From the NCBI RefSeq assembly GCF_009914755.1, contig NC_060931.1: a stretch of 64,000 nt of DNA. The stretch is one strand, 5' to 3'. Under the pieces are notes generated by a model. The model ran no database searches and was not told where the DNA came from. It saw only the letters and a list, made by a program, of their open reading frames with translations. The DNA is from the human T2T-CHM13v2.0 reference genome, Homo sapiens. The translations under genes were made by a program, and so were the position numbers. Below, piece by piece: positions 47,939 through 64,000 of the stretch. Every line of letters starts with the position of its first letter. The first letter of the stretch is position 1.

Positions 47939-48543
47939 GCAAATGCTCCAAAAGGAGAAGGTTTCTGTTGTTAGAAAAAGGGAAAATCAATGCTGAGTAG
48001 GCAAAGATAATGGATGTTTCTTATAAGTGAGAGGTATGATTCGTGAAAGTTGAAAATTAATACTATTGTAGTGTGAGGATATGCAAAGAAAATTTTGTCT
48101 TGCCCAAAATGTATTTCAAGAGAAAATCTTCGAGAATTAGGGAGACACGAAGACCTTGTGTGTGTTTACCCCTCACAGTATCAAGAGGGAACAGCTCTCG
48201 AGTAAGTACTTCCGCAACCTCAGCCCTAAGTGTTGGTGGTTTGGTACAGGACAGCCCCAGCAACCATACCTGAGACCCTGAACAGTTACAGAGATGGGGG
48301 TGAGCATGGAGGACAGCTGGAAAAAAGAGCTTCTCAGTATACTGCTCTCACAGCCTCCAAAAAAGTCAATATTAATCATTTAAATTAAATGCAGAAAGTT
48401 CTTGGTAAACTGATGGAAGTCTAGACTGTCATTTTTTGGAAATAACCGAAGTTGCCTTTCTATCCATAGGACAAACATTCTCTGTCAAATCTGTCTTCAG
48501 TAACCCAGAATTCCTTGATCACTACACCTCTGAATTTCTGTAA

Positions 48544-48841
<298 letters not shown>

Positions 48842-48889
48842 TGAATTTCTGTAATACTTAATCATGACACGTGTCACCCTATGGTTATA

Positions 48890-49208
48890 CAGTCAACCCT
48901 CCGTTATCTGTGGGTTTGGTACTGGCAGATTCAACTAAGCTCAGGTCAAAAATATTTGAAAAAAAAATGGTAATAATAATAAAACAATAAAAAAAAATTT
49001 TAAAGAACAGTATAAAAACTATTTACATGACATTTACATTGCATTAGGTATTATAAGTAATCTAGAAGTAATTTAAAGTATATGGGAGGATATGCACAGG
49101 TTATATGCAAACATCACAAAATTTTATGTAAAGGACTGGAGCATCCATGGATTTTTGTATCCATGGGGATCTTGTAACCCATCCACTGCAGATACCAAGG
49201 GATTACTG
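48890..49208. mobile_element. Tigger3a/MER7-like MITE
   Basis: TIRs CAGTCAACCCTCCG / CCAAGGGATTACTG, TA flanks, TATTATAAGTAATCTAGA core. Confidence 0.85.
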
Positions 49209-49480
49209 TATACTCTCATTTTGTTATAAAAATATTTATGGGTGAAAGTTTTATCCTGCGAAATGCATTATTGGCTCCTTGGTATTTATTTTTGTCCCCA
49301 ACAATACTGAACATAGTATTAAGCACATAGAATGTATTCAATGAAAAAGTGTGTTGACATGAAAGACTGGATGTAGGGTAACACATTACTACCTACTAAC
49401 AGAACTTATTTTATGAAAAGACAATGGTGCAATAGTAAGTTACATTTAAATGGTATTTGTAAATCCTTGAGGGTGCCTAA

Positions 49481-49801
<321 letters not shown>

Positions 49802-50963
49802 TGAAATCTTATTGACAATGCAAATTTAATTTTAAAATATTTTTTACAAACATAGTATAATGGTAAGATGTAAGTTAGGCTCTGTCCAAATTAACTCAAA
49901 TTTTATATTAATCAGGGCCAATATATGAGATTTCACTATAAATAAGACTTTACAGTAATACTTGTCTTCATCAGTCCCTTAGTACCATTATCCACAGTAG
50001 GAAAGCTGACCAAACTTGATAAATTCACAGAAGTATAAAAAGAACAACTTCAAATTACATGGCCTGACTGTGCCAATGCCTTATGTTGGCTGTTGGAAGA
50101 CATATCACCTGTTTCTTAGGACAGAGCCTAAGGTTGGATCTTAATTCCAAGTGATTTTCCAAGTTGAATGTGGAAGTCGGCACTCAAACTGTTGGCAACC
50201 ATTTTACTTACCTCTAGAGAGGCAAGGTCATTTTCCTGGTAAGAAAATGGAGACAATTATCATTTAATCATCTTAATTGTTCGTACCACACATTAGAAAA
50301 AGTCATAGAGTCTCAAATGCTATAATTATAGTGTCTTATTCAGCCTTTCTACTACAGCTGTTCCATAAACAACCCCCCATCCCTCACTAAAATAGCTTCG
50401 TAAAATTATGCTGTTCAGCTTTTGGTTAGAGTTTCCTAGTTTAAAGGAGATTTATACCATATATCCGAAGTCATCTCCTTTTGATTTTTATTTCTCAGTC
50501 TTGTTGGGCCAGCTGCCTTACGCAGATGGAAATTTGGTCCCTTAAATAGGCTGTGTCTATCACGGTACCTGCTGGCACCATTTCTTCCCGTTTCATGTTG
50601 AATTGCATACATTTTTGCCCCTGGGCCTCTCTAGCCACACTTTAAATTATACCTAAATTTAATTTTAATTCCAAACACAATCTTTCAGAGCAGCAAATAA
50701 AAACAAAGTAATTAGAAGTTTGTGATATAACAATAACATAGAGGAACAGAAAAATGATGTAAATGTGGAATTTAAGAAAGACTGTGCCAAATTCACAAAT
50801 GCTAAATCTCCCTCCCCCGCCAATCAAGAGAGAAACAATATTTTTAATCCATAGTCAAATTGCCCTGATATCCCAAGGACTTACAGAATGTGATTTAGCA
50901 TAGCTAACTTTCCAAAACAATTAAATTACTATGCCTTTAAGAATCTAAACCTTAAAGGCCTAA

Positions 50964-51347
<384 letters not shown>

Positions 51348-51782
51348 TAATCCACTTCTTAATGACTTGCAGTCATCCTTATGAACACTGTTCCTTGAAC
51401 TGCATTGTAACAGCATGGAGAGACAAAAATAATGAATTTCCATTCAATACCACATGTGTTTGTTTGCCTTCTCTGTGCTAGACATGATCCTGGGTTCTAA
51501 GAATAGAAATGAATGAAACCTGGGCCCTGCATCCGGGGTTTCTCATTCTCACTAAGAGAACCTGAGAGCACAGGAAATGTACTGTAAGAGGTGGCAGACA
51601 ACTGGCCTTGGACCAGTAAGTGAGAATCAGATCATGAGTGACTTTGGATTTGATCCCGATCAGGTTCAAAGGATCACCCTAAGACAGCAGGAAGAAAAAA
51701 CAGGGTAGGGGCAAAACTGGAGACAATGGGATAAGTTTGGAGAAGGCTGTTCCGGTCCAGACAAGAAAGGCCGCCAACCTGA

Positions 51783-52141
<359 letters not shown>

Positions 52142-52294
52142 TATGTGTGTGTCCATCTTAATGGAATAAAAAAGAAAGAAGAATCTAGAGTGGTTTCTAA
52201 GACTCTTACTAGGTCAACTAGATAGATGACACCATTAGCCAAAATGGGTAATTCAGAAAGAATGGGCACGGCAGGAAAGATACTGAGTTTGGTT

Positions 52295-52765
52295 TTTCAT
52301 TTATTTATTCAACAAGTATTGATTGGCCACCTGCTATGAGCCGGTCACAATGGTTAGCAAAAAGAGAGAAGATCCCCAACCTCCTGGAGCTCACAGGAGA
52401 GAATAGACTGAGTAATCACGTAACTATATGTATAAACGACCCCTGTGATGTTCGCTAGAGAGAAGAACATGGTGCTGTGAGGGTTTATCATTGCAGGATT
52501 TCACCTCCTTGAGGGTCAAGGGGGCTTCCTGAGGAATTAGTGTCAGAGGATTGGTGTCAGACGGGAAAGATGAGTAGGAGTTAGCTAAGAGAAAGAGGGA
52601 AGAAAGACATTCACAAAGGAAACAATGTCCAAGGGCCCTGTGGTGGGAGTGTGGCATTTTCAAGGAACTCAAAGAAAACCAGTGTGGCTGGAGCAGCGAG
52701 GCCAGGAGATAATGCTGGAGAGATGGACAGATGCCAGACCACAGAAGGCCTTGGAAGCAGGCCCA
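52295..52765 (-). mobile_element. L2 fragment
   Basis: TTCATTTATTTATTCAACAAGTATTGATTG...AAGGCCCTGTGGTGGGA...CCAGTGTGGCTGGAGC. Confidence 0.7.
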
Positions 52766-53052
52766 AGGGGCATCCCATCTGCACCAACATGGCCATCCTG
52801 TTGTTAAGACATCACACACATCCTACCAGTGGGTGAATAGCTGCTGCCCAGAGCTACCCCCAAGTGTTCCTCCTAGTACCCCACACACTAATCTAGCTGC
52901 CCAGTCCCCGTCTAGACTTCCCCAAGATCTGGCAAGCAGAAGAGTACTATTTGGCATGATATGGGGGCAGCAGCTTTTCAACGCCGCTCCAAGATGCTGG
53001 CATGTGTTCTGATGGATCTGTACCTGTGCGATATTGCTTTTCCACTAATTTA

Positions 53053-53430
<378 letters not shown>

Positions 53431-53595
53431 TGCCACTTCAATTTACAGGTGAAGGACAGATGAGGGGCCAAATTGAAGGTAGACGGACCAGTAAGTGGAC
53501 TACTGTTCATCTTGGTTTCTATTAGGGTGGTGATTGTGGTAGAGATGGAGAGAAACAAACAGATCCAAGAGTTAATTAGGGAGAAGAAATCTCAA

Positions 53596-53727
53596 TTTTT
53601 TTTTGTTTTAGAGATGGGGTCTCACTGTGTTACCCAGGCTGGTCTCAAACTCCTGGCCGCAAGTGATCCTCCAATCTCAGCCTCCTGAGTAGCGAGGAAT
53701 TACAGACACAAGCTACTGCACCTGGCC
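53596..53727 (-). mobile_element. FLAM/left Alu monomer
   Basis: Monomeric left arm. Confidence 0.85.
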
Positions 53728-53734
53728 CCCAGCA

Positions 53735-54195
53735 GACTTTCTTAGAGAAACTGGCAAGATGATTCTAAAACTTATAAAGAAATACAAAAGGTCTAGAATA
53801 GCCAAAGTTATTTTTAAAAAGAAAAGCAACATTGAAGGACTTACACTAAATGATTGCAAAGGTCAGTAGTTGCCAGGGGCCAGTAGGCAGGGAAGGATGA
53901 ATCGGAGTGGCACGGAGGATTTTTAGGGCAGTGGAGCTACTCTGTATGATACTGTAATGGTGGATATGTGTTGTTATATATTTGTCCAAACCCCTAGAAT
54001 GTACAGCATCAAGAGCGAACCCTGATGTAAACTATGGACTGGGGGTGATAACGATGTGTTGATATAGATTCATCTATTGTAACAAACATGTTGATAGTAG
54101 GGGATGCTATGCCTTTATTGAGGGGCAGGGAGTATATGGAAACTCTCTGTACTTTCTGCTCAATTTTCTGTGAACATAAAACTTTTCTAAAAATT
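53735..54195 (+). mobile_element. L1 fragments including an L1MC-like 3' end
   Basis: GATTCTAAAACTTATA...; GGATTTTTAGGGCAGTG...CCCTGATGTAAACTATGGACT. Confidence 0.8.
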
Positions 54196-54739
54196 GTCTA
54201 TTAAAAATAATAATGATTGAGTCTCTGTGTAGAAAAAAAAACAGTTTAGGTCATGCAAGACTATCCAAAATAAACGGAAATTCTCCTGCCCTCTCCTGCC
54301 CCAGCCCGGTCTCCAGAGAGAAGCAGTGTTTGCGGTTGAGCAGCCTCCTTTCCCAAGCCTGTTACTGCAGAAACCAGTCCTGGCCGCAGCATACAGAGCT
54401 TTGTTTCTTGTAAAAATGCTCTCATACCACGTGCATTGCTCTGCAACTTGCTTTTCTTTATCCACTTCACACACTGCCTACCTCCTCTTGCTCAGTCTTC
54501 TGAATCTCTGCCCAGGATTTACACGCCCAGGGGTGGGTTCTGAGGCCCCTGCCCAGGCTCACATTCCATCCCTGTGTTGTTGGGGGCTGAACCTGCTCTG
54601 TCCTTCATCTCTAGGAACAGGGCAGATGCAATAGTCAGTGGTAGAGGGTGGGGGCCAGATTTCAGTTTTCTCTTCTACAAATAATGGTGCATTTTCGTAA
54701 GAGTATTTTTGTAAAATAAATTCATTAAAACAGGAAAAA

Positions 54740-56035
<1,296 letters not shown>

Positions 56036-56291
56036 TTTTTAAGGTAAACAATACCTTAAAGGTAAAACTTATGGGTTGATAAATTCCTATGAAGTGACCT
56101 TACAGAGGGGAAGGAAGAAGAGTTGTTAAGCAACTGACTGAATGGCAAAACCAGCGGTTCAAATAATGAATTCTGAAGAATAGGATTTGTAGGGTGAAAT
56201 CATGAGTCTACTCTGTGTCTGTTGAGTTTAGGAGCCTTTGAGATACCTAAGAAGAACAATCAAGGCGATTGCTTGGTACAGTGGTCTAGAG

Positions 56292-56531
56292 CAAGCTTGT
56301 CCAATCCACAGCCCACAGGCCACATGGGGCCCACGACGGCTTTGAATGTGGCCCAACACAAATTTGTAAACTTTTCTTAAAACATTATGAGATAGTATTT
56401 CTTTTTTTCTTTTCCTTTTTTTTTTTTTTTTAGCTCATCAACTATTGTTATAGTTAGTGTGTTTTATGTGTGACTCAAGACAGTTCTTCTTCCAATGTGG
56501 CCCAGGGAAGCCAAAAGATGGGATACCCCTG
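56292..56531. mobile_element. MER30 hAT MITE
   Basis: CAAGCTTGTCCAA...GGCCCAGGGAAGCCAAAAGATGGGATACCCCTG; TSD GTCTAGAG/GTCCAGAG. Confidence 0.92.
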
Positions 56532-56933
56532 GTCCAGAGCTTTGAAAAAGTCTTAGGTTAATGATATAAGTTTGTGAGTCATCTGCATGTAATCAAAAGA
56601 ACATAGGGTGAGAAAAGGGAAAGCTAAGACCAGACCTTCTGAGAAACACCAACATTTAAAAGCAGGGAAAGAAAGATGAGGCTACAAAGGCATCAAAGTG
56701 GCTGGCTGGCTCTTTTATCAGGATGGCAAAGCAAGAGAGCTTGAAACCATTGGGGAACAAGTGGGTGGAGATTCCAAGAAGACATTTGGAGATGTGAGTA
56801 GGAACTTGGAAGAGATGCCAGTGGAAGAAAAGTAGATTCAAGACTCATTCACACATAGGTAGTAAGTTAAAGTCATGCTGGGAGCCCCTCAACACGAGGG
56901 CAAACAGAAGAGATAATCCTGGAAAACACTAAG

Positions 56934-57237
<304 letters not shown>

Positions 57238-57408
57238 GAAAACAATAAGTATTAAGGAGCAGTTGGAGGATACAGAGATTTAGGAAAGAATGGTGTTGCC
57301 AAGATGAAGGGAAGAAAGAATTTAAAGAAGGAGGCAAAGGGAAACTGAAAAGCTTCAGAAAGATCAGCTAGTGTTTGGACTGAGAAGTCTCCTCTAGGTA
57401 ATTAAAAT

Positions 57409-57464
57409 ATTATGTTTATGTGTTATGGTGTGTTATGTATGTTATGTTATATATGTTATGTTAT
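57409..57464. repeat. Degenerate (ATGTT)n
   Basis: Pentanucleotide run left of the LTR. Confidence 0.85.
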
Positions 57465-57663
57465 TGATATAATTTGGCTCTGTGTCCCCACCCAAATCTC
57501 ATCTCAAATTGCAATACCCATGTGCGGAGAAGGGACCTGGTAGGAGGTGATTGGATCATGGGTGTGGTTTCCCCCATGCTGTTCATGTTGTTCTCATGAT
57601 AGTGAGGGAGTTCTCATGAGAGCTAATGGTTTTATAAGGGGCTTCCCCCTTTGCTCACGCGCG

Positions 57664-57714
<51 letters not shown>

Positions 57715-57872
57715 GCCGCCTTTTGAAGAAGGTGCTTGCTTCCCCTTCTGACATTGATCATAAGTTTCCTGAGGCCTCCCCAGCCATGAGGAAACACGAG
57801 TCAAGTAAACCTCTTTATAAATTACCCAGCCTTGGGTTTTCCTTTATAGCAGTGTGAAAACGGACTAATACA
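57465..57872 (+). mobile_element. MSTA-like LTR with an internal (CT)n at ~57663-57712
   Basis: TGATATAATTTGGCTCTGTGTCCCC...CGGACTAATACA. Confidence 0.92.
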
Positions 57873-57875
57873 AAT

Positions 57876-57948
57876 ATGTTACATTATGTTATGTTATGTT
57901 ATGTTATGTTATGTTATGTTACGTTATGTTATGTTATGCTATGTTATG
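57876..57948. repeat. (ATGTT)n microsatellite
   Basis: About 14 units right of the LTR. Confidence 0.95.
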
Positions 57949-58115
57949 ATTCGGGGGGACGTTAGGAAGACCAGTTTTAGTGAAGTGATGGGGTAGAAAC
58001 TGAACTGAGGAGGGTTGAGGAGTACGTGGGAGACAGTGGCTCTGAAGCAGACAATAGCTAGGAAGAACACAGGGCCAAGGTAGGTTCTTCTATTTGTCTT
58101 TTTGGGGTTTTGACT

Positions 58116-58512
<397 letters not shown>

Positions 58513-59110
58513 TAGCAAAAGGTTGATCATAGAAAATAGAGAGGGGGACCATGGGTGGAATGGGAGCTGCGTGGAGATGAAAGGGAATGAGAGCTGGAGC
58601 CCAGATGGAGGAATTATCAGTGGACAGGAAGACAGACATGTCTGAGGCAAGACTGGAAGCTTCAGTTTTCCCAAGGAAGTAGAAGATCATCTACTGAGAG
58701 AAAAGTGGTAGGAGAGGAAGGCTGCTTTGAGAAGAGTGGCAGGGTTTGGACAGGCCTCCCTGGAGAGGGGAAACTAGAGCAGTCCAAAGACGTACAGGTG
58801 GGGCAGGTGCCCACGATGCTCTGCCAAGTCCCCCAGATCCTTCACCATTTCAGTGTTCACGGCCTACAGCCAGCACCTGCACCTATAAGCCCTGGGGCTG
58901 ACCCCAGGCTATGGGAGCCCATTTGCCTGGATAGCTGGAAGTGTGGAGGTATTTAAGAATTCCAAGGGGCAGAGGCAGACTGGAAAGGTGGCGATACAAT
59001 GAGAAACAAGTGGGAGTCAGAGTGTTGGTAATTCTTAATGGGATAGTGATTAAGAGTGTGAGCTCTGGAGTCGAACTGCTCAGGTCCAAATCCTAGCTCC
59101 AACACTGACC

Positions 59111-59268
59111 CTGGCAAAGTAGATGACCTTCATCAGCTCTTTGGCTAGATATTTAACCTCTCTGAGCCTTGATTTCCCACTTGAAAACACTAGCAAATTA
59201 AATGACCTTCATTGGATCTTGGGCAAGATATTTAGCCTCTCTGAGCCTTGATTTTCTCACCTGAAAAA
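59111..59268. repeat. 79-bp tandem duplication within a MIR remnant
   Basis: ATGACCTTCAT at 59123 and 59202; CTCTCTGAGCCTTGATTT twice. Confidence 0.85.
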
Positions 59269-59278
59269 TGGGGATAGT

Positions 59279-60200
<922 letters not shown>

Positions 60201-60953
60201 AGGGAATAATTTTTTAAACTGTTACAAACATATTATGTATTAGAGTCATTGCTAGTGGTGATGGGGTGTTGTAGGAATGAGGAATGGGATGGCTGGAACG
60301 ATAGGAAAGTTGTGATGAGAGAATGGAATCTTGCCCTTTAAACTTTGAGAGGAGGAAGACTTTTAGACAATGATGAAGAAAGGTTTAGAGTATGATCATA
60401 AGCGTGGAGGTAAAGTCACTGGAGCTGAGGCTGAGAGGAGCTCAGGACACTGCACGAGATGAGTCATGTTCATATACTCTGCAGTGCCCTAGGAAAATAG
60501 CAGGATGAAGAGAAATGTTGAGTTTTGGAAAGGAGCAAAAAATAATAGATGTAGTTGATAAATGTCAGTGGTAAGCGAGGAAGGTAGCATAATTCTTAAA
60601 TGAAGAAGACATGAATGAGGGGCAAAGATGAATGCCTTGGAAATGACAATCCAAAATTAGGATGATACAGAAATCCTTCCTGTCCTGTGGCCAGCACAGC
60701 ACATGAGTTTGAAAACTCAGCTCTCAGAGAAGTGTAGTGGAAGCCGTGTTCTTAGGGAAGATTCGGGTTTCAGTTAAAACGAGGAACTATGAAGGGCCCT
60801 CTCCAAAGAAGATGAGCATGTGGGAAAACAGGAAATCAGAAGGCCCCTCAGATAGAGTAAAGAGGGGTTGGTGGTGTGGTGCTGCTCTGCAAACGGAAGA
60901 GAGCAGAGAGCCAGCTGGCTCTGCATTTTGAACTGTGAGCAATGGTAAGCACA

Positions 60954-61396
60954 GTAGCAGAAAACTGGCCACTCAGAGATGTCCATAGCTGATCCCTGGA
61001 CCTGGGAATATGTTACCTTACATGGCAAAAGGGACTTTGCAAATATGATTAAGCTAAGGATCTTCACTCTTGAGATTATTCCAGATTGCCTGGGTGGGCC
61101 CAAATAATCATAAAGTTCCTTCTAAGTGGACGGCAGGAGCGTGAGGGTCAAAGAAGATGTGATATTGGAGGCAGAGGTCAAAGTGATGTAGGGCAGTGAG
61201 CCAAGGAGTGTGGGCAGCCCCTAGAAGTTGGAAAAGACAAGGAAATGGATTCTCCCTTGAAGCCCTCAGAAAGATCATAGCCCTGCAGATAGAGTGTAGA
61301 TTTCTGACCTCCAGAACAGTAAAATAATACAGTTGTGTTATCTAAAGCCACTACATGCATGGTAATTTGTTACAGTAGCAGTAGGAAACTGATACA
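60954..61396 (+). mobile_element. MLT1D-like LTR
   Basis: ATATGTTACCTTACATGGCAAAAGGGACTTTGCA...TAGGAAACTGATACA. Confidence 0.85.
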
Positions 61397-61827
61397 GTGG
61401 GGGAAAGGATGAGAGCCTTTCTTGGATTGGCTGGCCTCAAATGCTCCCTCCAGCCCTGACCCAGTTCCATGTGGTATTAGAAGTCTGATGAATTCTACAG
61501 TCTTGTCAGATATTAGAGTAGCATATTAATGGAAAGGTGCTTTACCCTGGGTGATCTTCTCCTGGTGGACACAGAAAAGATATTTGTTACTTCCAAGACT
61601 GTATTAGTTATCTATTGCTATGTAACAAATTACCCCAAAACTTGGTGGCTTAAAGCAGCAAATATTTATGATCTCACGTTTTCTGTAGGTTGGGAATTTG
61701 GACATGGCTGAGCTGAGCGGTTTTGGCTCAGGGTCTCTCTTACAGTTTTGGGCAGGAGGTCGGCAGGGGCTATAGTCATCTGAAGGCTTGACTGGGGCTG
61801 GAGGATCCACTTCTAATATGGTGCCCT

Positions 61828-62177
61828 TGATGCAGGATTTTTTTGCTCCTTAGTTCAGCTAAAATCTGGGTTCTTGTCTCAGAACCAGGAAAAATTAGGC
61901 ATGTGGAACATCGAAGGTTAAGGAAGGCAGATTTATTTGGTGAAAAGAAAGCTCTCAGCAAAGAAAGAGGGGATCCTGCCAACAGGCTGCCACATCGCAG
62001 ACTGAATACCAGGCCACCACACACGAGCTGGAGAGGCCAGGCTCCTCTCTCTGCATAAGGCATGAGTTCCTGGTGGCTCCACCCCATTCCCCCAGTGCAA
62101 GTGGGCCTCCAGTCTGTTGTGGGCATGCCCAGGCAAGACCCTGTGCAGGCTCCCTTATCTGCCTCCTGAATCTACCA
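61828..62177 (-). mobile_element. MER61 ERV1 solo LTR
   Basis: TGATGCAGGATTTTTTGCTCCTTAGTTCAGCTAAAATCTGGG...; perfect 4-bp TSD CCCT (61824-61827 / 62178-62181). Confidence 0.85.
62121..62140. promoter_or_regulatory. p53 response element candidate
   Basis: GGGCATGCCC AGGCAAGACC: two RRRCWWGYYY half-sites, no spacer, 19/20 match. Confidence 0.7.
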
Positions 62178-62386
62178 CCCTCACATGACTGTAGGCCTTG
62201 GTTTCTCACCACATGGGGACCTCCTCACAACATGGCAGCTAACTTCCCTCAGAGAGAGAAATCCAAGGGAAAGTGAGCAAAGAAGAAACCATACTGCCTT
62301 TTGGCAGTATGTTCTCCCAAGTATCCCAAGGTTCACATCCCTGCTTCCATTTTATTCTACTTATTTGAAGCAAGTCACTAAGTCTA

Positions 62387-62731
<345 letters not shown>

Positions 62732-62931
62732 TCAAAGATTGAGGTCTCCATTGGGTAGATGGAAGTGATATGCAGCAGATACAATATTATACAATTTTGC
62801 ATCTACAAATCATGTTTTTAAATGATAACACCTGATTTTGGCAGAGCCCACATCATTGCTGACATTAAAACTAGACAAATAAGCAAAACTCTTAGTAGTC
62901 TTAGTTTCTTTGTCAATACAAATCAATTTTA

Positions 62932-63282
<351 letters not shown>

Positions 63283-64000
63283 TCAACAAAGTACTATTTT
63301 CAAATAATCCTGTTGAAAATACTTGTAATATACCTTATGTAATGATTGCTAAAGTCATCCTAAAATATTGAATATCATATGGTATTTGCAGTTTGGAGGG
63401 GTTTTTTTTACATTGTTCACTAGCACTTGAACATCCTGCCTATTAAATTTGTGCAAAATATAAATATTGGGAGCTTTAAAGCTGGGCTAAAGTTGCCTCA
63501 GAAACTCAGAAATTCTTGAGAAACCTTTTCTGTAACTTTCTTTCTTTCTTTTCATCCTTCTTTGACATTAATATGAATCATCAGTTTCAAAAAATTGCTT
63601 GCTGAGATCTGATTTGACATCATGCTTTTATTACAATAATTATTCTATACTCAAATGTTTTGGCTAAAAACACTTGATTTAACCCTGTCCTTTCACACAC
63701 CTATATCTTTAACTATTTCATCTATCTAAACAGCTAGAAATCTTAATTAAAGCTTATGAACACAGCAGTTTTTCTTCTATAATAATTCCATTATATTTAA
63801 CCTCCCTTTGCTTGTCTTTAAAATAAAGTAGAGAGTTATTATTTTACTGCTCTTGGGAGTGTACATGTTAAGGTCTTCTTATGTGCCTGGGTCCAGCGTT
63901 GTGCCAAGGGGTTGGCCTCTGTGGTTTGATTTCAGAAGAAATTCTCCACTGTTCTGAATATTTGAAAGGTAATCAGGAAGAGTCATGGTCTTGCATTCCA

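Noticed and set aside
48865-48876. Palindrome TGACACGTGTCA containing a CACGTG E-box
   Set aside because: Isolated motif between repeats; short palindromes are expected by chance in 64 kb

Overview
Primate, almost certainly human, genomic DNA that is mostly intergenic and repeat-dense. It holds about 45 Alu copies or fragments, many solo LTRs (MLT2A, LTR1-like, MER61, THE1, MST, MLT1), L1/L2 remnants and several DNA-transposon MITEs. The only coding sequence I recognise is the last two coding exons of C7orf33 (3925-4179 and 5210-5284, + strand). From memory that places the window at 7q36.1, between C7orf33 and CUL1. A disabled processed pseudogene of HYPK lies at about 27.1-27.6 kb. Almost all ORFs in the supplied track are artefacts of Alu, LTR or tandem-repeat sequence. 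I found no confidently new biological system. The best leads are: (1) an unexplained 63-bp inverted-repeat pair enclosing a 34-bp minisatellite (37316-38889); (2) a sense MLT2A1 LTR with a DUX4-like motif and an intact splice donor upstream of C7orf33 exon 2; (3) a near-perfect p53 element in a MER61 LTR; (4) an unidentified ~285-bp retrocopy-like insert; (5) a 29-bp VNTR born inside an MST LTR. Repeat subfamily names come from my recall of consensus sequences, not from a search, and boundaries without a visible target-site duplication (TSD) are approximate.
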